Origin: Octopus vulgaris
Taxonomy: Eukaryota
Reading direction: 5' to 3'
NCBI GenBank assembly: GCA_951406725.2
Contig: OX597815.1
Location: forward strand, 17,670,001 to 17,734,000
Length of the DNA stretch: 64,000 bases
Made by a program: the position numbers and the translations under genes. Positions 23,707 through 37,483 of this stretch are shown piece after piece. Every line of letters starts with the position of its first letter. Within the stretch, counting starts at the first letter, position 1. The notes under the pieces were generated by a model. That model was not told the DNA's origin and did no database searches. It was given only the letters and a program-made list of their open reading frames with translations.

Positions 23707-25453
23707 TCGGAGTGACATACGAAACGGTAAAACTGTGGAAGACGAACGAAAGTTAGAAGAAGCTAACAGGTGTAGACGAAAGAGAAATGTAAGAGGCGAA
23801 CTAAGTAGGGAGATTGGTTGGCACCGAGAGAGAGAAAGACAGAGAGAGGTAGAAGTAATTTCGCTGTGATAAATGGAAGGAACCCAAGAAACGGGTGAAG
23901 AGAAAACATAAATATTGACACACACACACACACGCATCTCTCTCTCTCTCTGCATGGCAGATAGTGTGTGTAGTGTGTGTGTATATGTGTGTGTGTTCTC
24001 GCAAGAAGCTCGTTTCATTCAAGACTTCATCGAATATGCTGTTGGCACGGCAGGTGAGATGTGAGATGACAAAGACGATGTGATGACGATAAACGAGAAC
24101 AAAACAAGAAAACATAAATAATTACACACACACACACGCATCTCTCTCTCTACAAAGATGCATTGGGATGTGTGTAACACTAGCTAGCTCGCAAGAAGCT
24201 CGTTTCATTCAAGACTTCAGGTGCTGCTGCCGGTGAGATGTGAGATGTGAGATGATAAAGACGATGTGATGACGATAAACGAGAACAAAACAAAAAACAA
24301 ATAATAAAAAAACAAATTCCAAATTCTACAAAGATAAAAACGCATTGGGATGTTGTAACACTAGCTAGCTGAGAGGTTTTCTAAATTAGGTGCTGCTGTG
24401 GTTTTTATAAACTGAACAAAGGGAAAAATGAAAGCTAGAAAAACCGTTAACTAGATTAATCAAAAACTTAATTATTTGATTATTCAAAATTTTAGTAAAG
24501 AAAAAACATGTTTTGTTGTTGTAGAGATTGAAGTTAAAAATCCAACCATTCACAACATCTAAAAACGGTTATTAAGCTACGGGTTAACCCCCACAAGATT
24601 CTCACATAAGACACATGTGTGAATAGAGCAACTGAAATTCTTTAGTAGATTAAACCGAAACTCATAAAGCGTCCTTTTCACGTCGAACCATCGAAAGATT
24701 TTGAACACAAGACGTGAGCTGACAGATTACTTTCACACGTTCGTTTCTCAAGACATGCAATAAAATGAGAAAAACGAGAATTCAATACCAAATAAAAGGC
24801 AATCTTTCGTCTCTAGTAGACCTTTCCGTCGATTTCCGTAAAAAATTTTTTTTTTTTTTTTACATATGGGCTTGCGGGAACTTTTGAAGTAATGAGAGCG
24901 AAAGAGACTAAGAGAAAGCGATTGTATGACGAGGGAAGTTCTTTTGAAGTTACCATGCATGGGAGCATTGATGTACATGTGTGTGTGCGTGTGTGTGTGT
25001 GTTTGATGGGGTGTGGGAGACAGACAGTATGTTGTGTAATCGACGGAAAGGTCTACTAGAGACGAAAGATCGCCTAAATAAATTAGATAAATAAATAAAT
25101 GATACTGGATCCAGCTGTACTTATATAGTACTTGTGGTTTCTTTTTAGTATACAGAACATATTCTTGACTCACTGGTTTCAATAACGCTTGAACTGAAAA
25201 AAGATCGATACGCGATTAGACACATGCACACGAGTGTATGTGTGTGTTTACTAAATACATATCTATGTACAAGAAGAGCTCAGAGCATAGGGGTAGCATT
25301 GGTGGCAGTTGGTATGAGCCTACGATTATACGGGAGTTTACTCCCCTCTTTGAGAGCCACGGATTGGGGGATACTTTGATAACGAATTACACTTTTATAA
25401 ATCGTTCTAATTACTTTATTTTCTTCTGTTATTTCTAAGTAGATCAGGTACAG

Positions 25454-25541
<88 letters not shown>

Positions 25542-25544
<3 letters not shown>

Positions 25545-25735
25545 GGAGTAAACACATAAATGTGAAACAAGGTGGAAAAAAGAGTACGTGAAAATACCAG
25601 TGGTAGAGTAATATGCTTTAATTTAAAGCAGCAGAAAAATTCAACAAAACCTGTTACTCTGAGTTTCCCGTTGCCGTTCGTCGGAAACTCAGGGTAACAG
25701 GTTTTGTTGAATTTTCTGCTGCTTTAAATAAAGTA
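25542..25735 (-). mobile_element. Family 2 (TA)n-inserted element with CCGACGA hammerhead-like motif and inverted arm
   Basis: Minus 25684-25650 reads CCGACGA-A CG GCAA CG G-GAAA-CTC A GAG-TA-ACAG. Arms at 25622-25667 and 25684-25728. Confidence 0.65.
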
Positions 25736-25992
25736 TATATATATATATATATATATATATTTCTAGCATAAGGGTGTCCACATAGTGGTTTCCCTCTAGT
25801 ATGTATATAATACAATTTTACTGAACCTTCTGTTTTTTTTATATGCTAGACCACTGGTGTGAAATCGATGTTAATTAAATTAATATCTAATTTCTCACCC
25901 TCATTTTAAATATCTATCTATCTATCTTATCTCTCTCTCTCTCCATATATATATATATACCGGAGTAAGCACATAAATGTGAAACAAGGTAG

Positions 25993-26034
25993 AAAAACTG
26001 TCCGACGAACGGGAAACTCTGAGTAACAGTTTTT
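25993..26034 (+). ncRNA. Hammerhead-like motif, family 2 (stem II truncated)
   Basis: AAAAACTGT-CCGACGA-ACGG-GAAA-CTC T GAG-TA-ACAGTTTTT: 9-bp stem I, GUA site. Confidence 0.55.
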
Positions 26035-27544
26035 TGATATTTCTGCTGCTTTTAATAAAGTATACATACACACACACACACACACGTATATATATATATC
26101 GTTTGTAAAAAAAACATAAACCTGTAAGAAGAAATACACTCTAAGATGTAGAGCAGTATATATCGTGTATATTAAAAATGGGGAGGGCCGGTTTATGGGA
26201 TGACCTTAGGATTCCCGTCCATAAAGGGTCTAGCCTTACAGCGTATCGTCAGATCCCAAAAACCTATAGGCCCATGACCTCTTATATATATATGATTTCC
26301 AACTATGAACTATATATATATACATACAACTTATAATTAATTTCATGTATTTAGCACTGATTGCTAAAATAACGAGCAGTTTAAAATGTAGACCCCTTAA
26401 AAAATGTGTTTTATTTGGCATCTATACTTCACATCCCATTTGGGGCTATCGCTGGATGTGCACAGGCCCTGTGCATGAATGTAAGCGTTTCTGGACAAAA
26501 GCAAAGTGAAAATTAGCTTAATCAATAAATATGTGAATGCACATATCTTATAGATATATCAATAGATGTTTATACGTGCTGGGGTCAGTGGCGCAGCGTG
26601 GGGTGTGACGTATGTTTGCAGTAGTAGAAGGTATGATATGTTTAGGAATGGGGCAGCCAGCTAAAGCCCACACTTAGCTATAGTCTGGGGCATTTTCATC
26701 ATATTAATATCATATATAATATTTATGCGGATGTTGTGTACACACACACACATACACATACCCACAATATTATGTAGATGGTTAAGGGTTAATCATCCAG
26801 CGATGGGAGCACCTGGCCAAACCTGCACATGGCCAGCGTAAAGCCTTACCCAAAACAGCTGGGCGTGCACGCGCACACACACACACATATATACACAAAA
26901 TACATGTGTGTGTGTGTGTGTGTATTTATCATATAAAGGCATATGAGTGATATGCTTAATCGGTTACCCAGTTCAACAACACTTTAGTGCCCACCTTCAG
27001 TTTGCAAGCATTCGTTCGGGATAGGCCTCTCTGGTATAAAGATTTATCTTCTTTCTCCCCAGCCTCGGAGGACACGAGATAGGCCTCGGATGCTGCCCCT
27101 CCTTGTTTCACTAACTTATACATAAAAAAGAAGCCCTTCGTGTATAATATATGTACATACATACACACACACACATATGTAGAACAGAAAATAAATATGT
27201 GCACACGATGAAAGGAAGATCTGTGTTAGTTTTTCATTCAGGCTGTTCTCTCGGCTGAATGTTGTAATTGTTGTCGATATTAAAAACAGGCTGTTATTGA
27301 TCATATCATACCATATATACAAAGAACACATGCTCATTTCACTTTACACAGAGTTTACTTTCGAAGTAAAATAGTTTGGCGCCAGTATATGAGCGAACAA
27401 TTGGTTCTTGTTTCAGGTTTTTCGTTCGTTCTTCCTTTCTTTCCTTTAAATTTTAGAATCTTCGGACACACACAACGCCTCCAAAACAACGAAAATATCA
27501 CTACACGCATACTTCAGCCAACGAAGGAGCCACCATGCAGTCGC

Positions 27545-27750
27545 TCAGTATTCTAGAAATAACAGCCAAATCTCCTCCAAATGAAGCCTTGTATAAAGCA
27601 TAAATGCAACCCCCGGGATGATATATAGAGTCCCAGATACGCCAACATCCGACAGAAGGATGGTATGGTATGGTAATGGCTGGAACGCCTTTGATCTTGT
27701 AGGTCAGTCAACTCACTCAGAGTTAACCTGTGGCTAAATAATAACAACAG
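27545..27750 (+). repeat. Interspersed repeat family D (also 6365-6540 -, 51660-51852 +, 59900-60090 -)
   Basis: Shared CTAGAAATAACAGCCAAATCT...ATGGCTGGAACGCC...GGCTAAATAATAAC. Confidence 0.6.
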
Positions 27751-28203
27751 TAACACAGAAGAAGTAAAATCGATTTCTTATATGGGCCAATATATATATT
27801 CAGGAAGAGGAAGAGGAGGAGGAGGTAGAATTGATGCAATCGACATCAGTTAACATAGACTGATATTAATTTTATCGACCCTTGAAGGATGAAGAGTGAA
27901 GTCGACTTGCATGAAAATCGAACTTGCAAACGTAGGAAAGTAAAATAAATACCAAAAGCCGACGCTCCGCTGATTCCCCCTTCCCGATTCCTATGATGTA
28001 TCCACGTTTAGTAAAATAGGAATAGTTGGGAGAATATTTTCTTCTTTTTGTATTGATATGTATGGATATAGCTTTTTTTTTATGGATTTTGGAGAACTTC
28101 ATCAGAAACTGTAAAGATGAACAGCATCTTAAACTATGTTGTTTTAGCATTGGAGCATGTATTGAACCAGTTTGTAGTGTGGTGGAGTAGAAATAACAAC
28201 AAC

Positions 28204-28276
<73 letters not shown>

Positions 28277-29613
28277 CTGAATAAAGCGTGCGGACAGGGA
28301 AATCAAAGAGTGTAAGTTATTATTAACATAAAAGGAAAGGAAAAAATATATATATATCGGAAGCCAACAAAACTTACGCTTACATCGGACTTTTTTACGG
28401 ATGGTAAAGTAGTACCAAATTGTTGTCATGATGACATAGCGCCGCCAAACTGTAAAATTCCCCCATATTTTGGCCACTGACAAACTGACTCCCTCTTAGT
28501 TTCAAGAGGCAATAAACAACAATGATGTAAACCAGAAGGAATAAAAAAAAAGTGAGTAGCTAAGAGATCCAAGCCCGTTCTTAAAAGAACTACTATCTCA
28601 CCAAGAAGAAAGAGGAGGTAGGGTGGGAACATGAACAGTAGCTGAAAGTAAGCGTGCGTGTATGGTGCGTATGTGTGTGTCTTCTATGTTGGTGCGTGCC
28701 ATATATCGGTTCCTCGTTTACTGTACGAAAACATTTCGTGAAGGGTGTGTTAGAGAAATTGTTACTAATGATTCAGGTATAGATAGCTGCTAATTTTGTC
28801 CCTCACACGAAGTTTTTTTGCAGAAAGAAGAACGACAATTTATTACGGACTAAATAAAAAAAACGACAAGGAATAGAAGCGAAGAAAATATCCTCCAAGT
28901 TTAAGCGAATCGTGCTAGGGCTTGGGTGAAATAGACTGCTGAAAGTTAACAAAGAAGTGTTACTGCAACTTGTAAAGTTTTTTTAGAAAATTTAAATAAC
29001 TATAACAACTGTAAATGTGTGTGTGTGTGTGTGAGAAACAGAGGAGTAGTGTAGGTGAGCGAAAGAGAAGAGGAGAGACTGTAAGTCAACTACAAGAAGA
29101 AAGAAAGCAAGAAAGAGAGGGAATAGAAGTGTGAGTGGAAAAAGAGAGGCGAGAAGAGAGTCTAGGTCTGGCAGAGAGAAGAGAAGAGAGTGGAGGTCTG
29201 GCAGAGAGAAGAGAGTAGAGGTGAGGTAGAGAGACTAGAAAGAACAGAAGTAAGGTTGAGTGAAAAAAAAAAAAAGGCGAGCGGTGTGGGGGAAAAAAGG
29301 TGCGTGTGTAAGGTTGGAAGAAATGCGGGGGGGGGGGGGAGATAGGGGAAAACGAGGAAATGCCAAGCATCGTAATTAAAGGGATTCAGAAATGTAGAAG
29401 AACTCGGCAACAATAAGGGGGTAAGTAATTTGATCAGAGAGAAACTAAATGAGAAAGAAATCCAGCGAGCGCTTTCTTGGAATGTTTTTTTTTCTCTTTC
29501 TTCTTTAGCCATTTATTGCGAAGAGGGTTAACACGAGATAAGGGGGATCCGAACATATTCTAACCTCACCCTCTCTGTCTCTCTGTGTATTTTGTCTATC
29601 TCTCTCACAAACA

Positions 29614-29691
29614 CATACATACATACATACATACATACATACATACATACATACATACATACATACATACATACATACATACATACATACA

Positions 29692-29723
<32 letters not shown>

Positions 29724-29973
29724 CATACATACATACATACATACATACATACATACATACATACATACATACATACATACATACATACATACATACATAC
29801 ATACATACATACATACATACATACATACATACATACATACATACATACATACATACATACATACATACATACATACATACATACATACATACATACATAC
29901 ATACATACATACATACATACATACATACATACATACATACATACATACATACATACATACATACATACATACA

Positions 29974-30002
<29 letters not shown>
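29614..30002. repeat. (CATA)n microsatellite, ~390 bp
   Basis: Near-perfect tetranucleotide array; source of the MYVC and HTYI ORFs. Confidence 0.98.
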
Positions 30003-30004
<2 letters not shown>

Positions 30005-30382
30005 GCATACACGTGTGCGATTGATAATGAAGTGGAAAAAAGCTGTGAGCGATGGCTAAGAGCCAAGAATAGCGGAAAATATATAAAAAAAATTAAAGGA
30101 AAAAAAAATTATATAGAATAAAATTAGAGTTTAGCAAAATTGAAGACTTGCACGAAATTACCCTATGCTGTATGGAATAAAGTGATTGAAAGCTACAGCC
30201 TGTTGTAATGTACCAGTTGTACTTTCAAGGTTAACACCACAGAACACCCGCAATCAAAGCAGCTTCACTGGTCTTGTTACGCGTAAACAAAAGTTCCAGC
30301 AGCAAAGATGTAAAACTAAATACAATAATAATAATAATAATAGTAAGAAGGAAATAAATATACAAAAACATTACATTCTACA

Positions 30383-30778
30383 CTAGCAGTATCGCCCGGC
30401 GTTGCTCGGGTTTGTAAGGGAAATAACTATATAAGCATTTTTTAGAGATGTAAAGTATAATAGCCATCTCAATATGGCTAACCACAAAAGCTACAGTATT
30501 ACTGTAGCTTTTTACGTTCTGAGATTTAATAATAATTTTTTTAGAGAATTACTTCCCTTTTATATGCCAAAAGTGCATTAAAAATGGGAAAAATTGATGG
30601 TAAATTTTTTTTTTAAATCGTAGACTCATCGTAGACGCGCGCTAATACCCAGAAGGGCTCGATATGAATCACGACTATAAGATACCCGGTTTTGGTTAAA
30701 CTGCACCGCAAAATGTGGGGGTAGGAATCTAAATCGTAGGAGACAGACAGCACACAAGCTCACTTTTATATATAAAGA
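30383..30778 (-). mobile_element. Non-autonomous Helitron
   Basis: Minus strand A|TCTTTATATATAAAAG ... CCCGAGCAACGCCGGGCGATACTGCTAG|T. Confidence 0.85.
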
Positions 30779-30849
30779 TTAGTAAACATTCTGTTAACTG
30801 TTTTGATTGTTCGTAGTCTTTAAGGAAAATAAAAATCATCCCTTTATTC

Positions 30850-31049
30850 TTTTATCCTTTTACTTGTTTCAGTCATTTGACTGCGGCCATGCTGGAGCAC
30901 CACTTTTAGTCGAGCAAATCGCCCCCCAGGACTTATTCTTTGTATCGATCTCATTGGCCGAACCGCTAAGTTACGGGGGACGTAAACACACCAGCATCGG
31001 TTGTCAAGCGATGTTGGGGGGACAAACACAAACACATAAACACACACAT

Positions 31050-31102
<53 letters not shown>

Positions 31103-31463
31103 ATCCAAACAAGAAAGCACAAAAAAACACAACAACGCGAGGACGTGGAACAAATATAGTATTATTGGACGCTCAGGAAAGAAGGAGGGTTTAACGTTTC
31201 GAGCGGAGCTCTTCGTCGGAAACATAGGAGAAGGAAAGATCCAGAGAAGACAGAGGAAAAAAAATCGACAACGGTACACACGAGGTCACATTTTTGTATA
31301 TATATATACGACGGGCTTCTTTCAGTTTCCGTCTACCAAATCCACTCAGAAAGCTTTGGTTGGCCCGAGGCTATAGTAGAAGACACTTGCCCAAGGTGCC
31401 ACGCAGTGGGACTGAACCCGGAACCATGTGGTTGGTAAGCAAGCTACTTACCACACAGCCACT
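30850..31463 (-). mobile_element. SINE family A interrupted in its internal (TA)n by a hammerhead element (31098-31292)
   Basis: Tail at 30850-31060 and head at 31300-31463 are collinear with uninterrupted copies. Confidence 0.9.
31189..31223 (-). ncRNA. Minimal hammerhead-like motif, family 3
   Basis: GTTT-CCGACGA-A GAGC TCC GCTC-GAAA-CG-TT-AAAC with palindromic stem III (AACGTT). Confidence 0.6.
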
Positions 31464-31904
31464 CCATTCCTTTGATTTAGTTTTATTATTATTTCGTTTT
31501 TGTATCATTTGTGTCACACGTTATGCGAGTCGCCATCCCAGAGTCAAATTTTGATAGATTTTTGAGAACTTTTGCTTAAAAATTTTACATTAACATACTT
31601 CATGGATGTATCTCCTTTTTTACATGAAACTGCACACACACACACACAAATGCATTTGTTCCCAGGTTTACTCTGACCCGGAGTAGTAAGCACCTGCCAG
31701 GGTCCCAGCTGTTGGCTAATTAGTATCCTGACAACTGCGAGTGAACAACCCCTAGTTTTCGTTTTCAGAAAAAAAAAAAAAAAAGGTCGTCCCAATATTT
31801 GTTATGTCACTGGTGTTACAGCCGTTTGCGCTGAAAAGAGGGTCAAGTGCTGTGCAATGCGTTATCCACTCAAATTGACGCAGAGGAACTTCTTGGACTC
31901 TTGA

Positions 31905-32310
31905 TTCTATTATCCATCTTACAAACAATAACTCTGAGCACCTTTTCAAATTCCACCTGTCTAACACCCGTGGACATGTTTACAAAGTCAGAAAGCAGCA
32001 CAGCTCCCATGACTTTCGGAAACATTTTTTTCACGCTAAGAGTTGCTGAAGTATGGAACAAACTGCAAGGCATCAGTTGTTAGTTGTCGGAGCACTGCAT
32101 CCTTCAAAACTTCCATGCTTCCTGAGATTCGCCAACACTACACCTGATTTTTGCCCCTCCATACACACACAAGCATGTATCTGACTCATACACTGTTCAC
32201 TTTCCAGACATTTGTACATTACTGCATATGCTTTATACGCACTTTTGACAAGTTGTGGTGCACCTGAGCACTGTATACAATAATTTCATTATTATTATTA
32301 TTATTATTAT
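31905..32310 (+). mobile_element. CR1-like LINE 3' end with (ATT)n tail
   Basis: SNTRGHVYKVRKQHSSHDFRKHFFTLRVAEVWNKL...SFKT, a CR1-type C-terminus, followed by 3' UTR and an ATT repeat. Confidence 0.85.
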
Positions 32311-32657
32311 CAAGCGGTCTTGCTCGGTCGCATGTGTGAATATATTTGCATATATATGTGTGCGCACACATTTACATATATATGCACACACATCTGTGTG
32401 GTGTGTGTGCATGTACGAGAGAGAAGGAGAGAGAGGGAGAAAGCGAGCTACCAGTAAGTAACGGATGGACTGATTCAGCTTGCCTCCTGTTAATTAAAGA
32501 ATGGCAATCGTTGAACACACGAATTCGATATAGCCACTCCAAACTGATGCGGATATAATTTAGAACTAAACGAGCAAGTGTTAATTCACTGTTGCTGTCA
32601 ACAGGTAACACTGAAAACAGTCAAGTGTCGAAAATGTAGAACCAGTATCTCCTATAC

Positions 32658-32858
32658 CAGTGGTTTTCAACCAGGGTTCCGCCAGTACAGTCCAGGGGTT
32701 CCGCAAGAAGTTACAAAACTGCTAAAATCGGCAGTAATTTTTAATTCTCCTGTGCAGATATGTGTGCATAAAACTATTAAATTATTGCACAGGGGTTCCT
32801 CGAGCCAGTGGAATGTTTCCTTGGGGTTCCGCTCCAGTAAAAAGTTTGAAAAGCACTG
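32658..32858. mobile_element. hAT-type MITE
   Basis: TIR CAGTGGTTTTCAA / TTGAAAAGCACTG; perfect 8-bp TSD TCCTATAC at 32650-32657 and 32859-32866. Confidence 0.92.
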
Positions 32859-32935
32859 TCCTATACATTTAACAATATAAGAAATTTGGAAAAAATATCA
32901 CCCACGATGACTACAAAAAAAAAAAACAAAAAAGA

Positions 32936-33604
32936 CCCTTTAGTGTTTAAACCGGCCGTATCTGGCCCAAATATTCTAAATGTTTTATATTCAAACTGGT
33001 GATATCTAGCCTCTCACACCTAACCTACAATGTCATGCTAAAAATAAACAATCACATCACTGAAACCTCAAAGCTATAAGATAATGCATGATTAATTCAA
33101 AACAATTTGAGTGAAAAAGTATTATATTTAACACATGGCACAGGAGTGGCTGTGTGGTAAGTAGCTTGTTTACCAACCACACGGTTCCGGGTTCAGTCCC
33201 ACTGCGTGGCACCTTGGGCAAGTGTCTTCTACTATAGCCTCGGGCCGACCAAAGCCTTGTGAGTGGATTTGGTAGACGGAAACTGAAAGAAGCCCGTCGT
33301 ATATATGTATATATATGTGTATATATATATCTGTGTGTGTGTGTGTGCGTATATGTTTGTATGTCTGTGTTTGTCCCTCCCAACATCGCTTGACAACCGA
33401 TGCTGGTGTGTTTATGTCCCCGTTACTTAGCGGTTCGGCAAAAAGAGACCGATACAATAAGTACTGGGCTTATTACAAAACGAATAAGTCCCGGGGTCGA
33501 GTTGCTCGATTGACTAAAGGTGGTGCTCCAGCATGGCCGCAGTCAAATGACTGAAACAAGTAAAAGAATAGAAGAAAAAAAGAGAGTAATCTGAACACTA
33601 AAGA
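32936..33604. mobile_element. piggyBac-type MITE containing a SINE A insertion
   Basis: Termini CCCTTTAGTGTTT / GAACACTAAAGAG-TTAA; the left TTAA is not intact. Confidence 0.6.
33136..33572 (+). mobile_element. SINE family A, full length
   Basis: GGCACAGGAGTGGCTGTGTGGTAAG...GGTTCAGTCCC...TGACTGAAACAAGTAAAAGA. Confidence 0.92.
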
Positions 33605-34512
33605 GTTAAACAGAACAGGATTGGTTTGTACGTACACGCATGCGCCAGTGTAGACCACTCACACACAAGCCTCCAGCATCAATCTTCAGAAGTTGGGACA
33701 TCGACAAAAGCAGAAATAACTCAAACTAATTGGAAAATTAAAGTTTACAAGACAGTAATGAATTGTAAAAGGATGTAAAACATTCTATAAATGTAACTTC
33801 TGGTATGAAAAAATACACAAAATCCCACATGTACACACTATACAAACACATGTATATATGTACACGGTCAAACTATACAGATTCACATACGCAATGACAT
33901 GCATGCTACAAACATACATGCACATTACATACAAATTTTGTTTGTTGGGACCATAGATACTTGTGAACAGGAAGAATATTTCTAATGAAACCTTCATCAA
34001 ATGTAAACAACAAAACAAATCTGGTTTGTTGTTTGAGACCAAAAACAGAAATGTACTGTTACAGAGATGAGCTGACCTCTAAATGTGAACAACTCTTTCA
34101 AACGTAGTTGAGACAAAATATTATGGACTGGGTTTCCGAAAGAAATTTGGGAAATCGGAACAAAATTGCTTTGAGGTTATAAGTATTCTTAAAATTCACG
34201 GGGTCGGTGTGATTTCTTTTTTTCTAAAGATCGTCATGGATCCTTTCAAAGTTTCACAGCTCCAGACTAGTGTACAGATTGAACCCCCATCTTTTAAAGG
34301 TCCGAGATACAAACAAAACCTATGAAACTTACAGCTCCTCTACACAGATCATAAATTCACATGTCTACTTGTATTATTAGTGTCTTTGACTCGATTATTA
34401 AATGTCTAACTGGAGATCTGAAAATGCTCGTTTGTCAGGCTTTTAAAAGTGAACAGCTATCACGAACTTTGCAAATACAACCTATTGACCGAACAATAAA
34501 TATATGCAAAAC

Positions 34513-34632
34513 TTTTCTTATTTCTTTATTGCCCCACAAGGGGCTAAACATAGACGGGACAAACAAGGACAGACAAACGGATTAAGTCGATTACATCGAC
34601 TCCAGTGCGTAACCAGTACTTAATTTATCGAC
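34513..34632 (-). mobile_element. SINE family B 3' fragment
   Basis: GCCCCACAAGGGGCTAAAC...ATCGACCCCGAAAGGATGAAAGGC. Confidence 0.85.
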
Positions 34633-35302
34633 CCCGAAAGGATGAAAGGCAACTCTTCACAGTTGTTCATAGTCATAGGACCCAAGGAAGGTCCCATGAC
34701 TCAAAGAAGATCTTATGATTAGGTACCGACGGAATCTCGCCGCTTATAGTTCCTGTATCGGTACATTTGGCTTTATTACCATGTCTCAGCGGTATTCCTA
34801 AAATTCTAAAACTTATAAAGTAGAGAAAACAACCAGTTATCATAAACTTCGCGAATACAATCTGTTGCTGGAACAATAAAAATAAGTAAGATCTTTCTGA
34901 AATTCAACTTTTAATTATTCATTGTTGCTGTATAAATTTCGGTGATGGAGCTTTGTTTTTAATCCCTTCTATAAATGAAGAACTCAAATAGAAAAAAAAA
35001 AGCATTCACTGATTTTGACGGTTCATTAAGCATTAAGTACTAGCTTATAAGACACACTAATTTTAGTGGGCTCTTTCTTAAACTACGATTTGCCTGTGTG
35101 TATAACACTGATATTGTTCATTAGATATAGGGGTGTATTTTATAAAGTGAACTTTATAATCCGTCAGATATGGTGATTTCTGTTGAATGCTGCTGAAAGT
35201 TATAACTTTCTGTCGCTTCGTCCATTTGTCTGCTTGACAGTTGGTCTCTGCGTACGCGCACACATGCCCAAGCATAAGTACACTATAATGCGCTGAGAGA
35301 GA

Positions 35303-35333
<31 letters not shown>

Positions 35334-36099
35334 GGGGAAAGAGAGAGAGAGAGAGAAAGAGGGAAAGAGAGAGAGAGGGGGGGATAGAGAGAGAGAGAGG
35401 GAAAGAGAGAGAGATTGTGTGTGTGTGTGTGTGTGTGCAGTCAGAAACAGCTGTCCCCAAATGTACTTTTATACCAGAAAAAAAAAAAGATCCACATATT
35501 ACGTTAGTCCTCAGGAAACTTTTGATTGTTGAAATTATCTCCCTTTCTCTTTCGGAGTCGGTCGCAACTGGCACCAGATTTTCGTTTACTTTCTCTCAAA
35601 AGCGAAGATAATTTCAGTAAATCTAGAAGCTACCTTGCATGTTATTTAATATAGCGTCATTCCTCTTTGTAATCCAAATTCTTGCCACAGGCAAGTTATT
35701 CCTCTCAGCTCATGATAGTGCCCTTGTGCTTGGGCATGGCTGCACGCACGCAAGTCCCCACAAAACCGCATTGTCTCAATACTCCAAAAATCTGGAGCAG
35801 TTGTTATTGTGGGAGTCATGTCCCTTGCTTTCTGTTTTAGACCTGACATCTTAAAATTGTCTTAAACTTGCAAGAATAATCACAGTTCCCATGTTGTTTT
35901 TGTAAGTCTCAACTGTACATCATATGCATCACGCAGAACGCTATCTCAAGGTTCCTTCTACCTGGTGTTTACACACAAACACACGTGAGAGTGTGTGTGT
36001 ATAGAAGTAAACATTCGTGTAAAGATAAATATTTTGTTACTGTTTTTGACAGTAGATCCAACATGCTCAAAATAAACAGCTGCCATTGTTTATATACAC

Positions 36100-36397
36100 T
36101 CTACTCTATTACGTGTTTCATTGATTTGACAGCGGCCATGCTGGAGCACCTCATTAAAGGGTGGTAGTCGAACACATCGACCCCAGGACTTATTCTTTGT
36201 AAGCCTAATACTTATCCTATTGGTTCATTCGCAGAACCGCTAAGTTACGGGGACATAAACACACCAACATGGGTTGTCAAGCGATAGCGGGGCAAAAACA
36301 GACACACACACACACACATGCAAATAAATACATACACACACACACAAATAAATAGATACACACACACACACACAAATAAATACACACACACACACAC

Positions 36398-36443
<46 letters not shown>

Positions 36444-36555
36444 GACAAGCTTCCTCCAGTTTCCATCTTCCAAATCCACTCACAAGGCTTTGGTCGGCCC
36501 GATACTAAAATAGTAGACGCTGGCCCAAGGTGCCACGCAGTGGAACTAAATCCGG
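36100..36555 (-). mobile_element. SINE family A (diverged)
   Basis: GCGGCCATGCTGGAGCACC...CAAATCCACTCACAAGGCTTTGGTCGGCCCG. Confidence 0.88.
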
Positions 36556-37059
36556 AAAAGATAAATAGCCTGAGGACGCACTGGTGGATTTATGTATTAG
36601 GTATAGCCTCTATAAACTCTCCACCAGCGTAGAAACACGTGTAGCGTTGATTAAAATATCTTTTTTCCCCCACAGACTAATAACAGGTAAGTTATAAATT
36701 TCTTCAATTTTTTTTTTTCAAATAATTTTATTGTATTTTATAGCATGCTTATATTAATTTATTGGATATAACTTTCTTTGTAGTTCTGCAATATGGAAAA
36801 CGAGTTTTGGTCATCGAAAATAGAGTCTGACGAATGTAAATTCTGTCTATTTTCCAATTCCAGGCAGAAGGACATTTATCGGTAAGTAAAGATGGTACAC
36901 AGCTACTGAAGAGGCCAAAAAGCTTTGAAACATGGCCAGCTTTTCTCCCTTTCGAGTCAGCACACATAGTCATCAGAAGAATAGTTTACAATCGTGGTAA
37001 GCTTTAAAACTAACAGACATGTTTTACACACACACACACACATATGTGTGTGTATGTGT

Positions 37060-37365
37060 GAAAGCACATGGCTCAGCGGTCGTGATGTTGTGAGTTCCAC
37101 TCCCGGACCGTGTTCTTGAGTGAGACACTTTTTTTTCACATTGTTCCAGTTCACTCACGAGTAGAAATGAGTAGCAATCTCACTGGTGCCAAGCTGTATC
37201 AGCCCTTGCATTTCCCTTGGATAACATTGGTAGTATGGAGAGGGAAGACTGGTATGCATGGGTAACAGCTAGTCTTCCACAAACAACTTTGCCCGGACTT
37301 ATGCTTTGGACGGGGGACTTTCGAGGTACAATCCCGTGGTCATTCGTCATCAAAGGAGTCTACCT
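37060..37365 (+). mobile_element. Older tRNA-derived SINE
   Basis: TGGCTCAGCGG (A box), GAGTTCCACTCCC (B box), GTTCTTGAGTGAGACACTT core-like segment. Confidence 0.55.
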
Positions 37366-37367
37366 CG

Positions 37368-37451
<84 letters not shown>

Positions 37452-37483
37452 TATATATATATATGTATATGCATATATATTGA

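Noticed and set aside
23272-24018. 197-aa RE-rich and 248-aa LS-rich ORFs
   Set aside because: They are products of the GA-rich minisatellite, with no domain signal.
26956-27123. ORF with KLKVGTKVLL resembling a Pif1/Helitron helicase motif
   Set aside because: A single short motif with no other helicase motifs.
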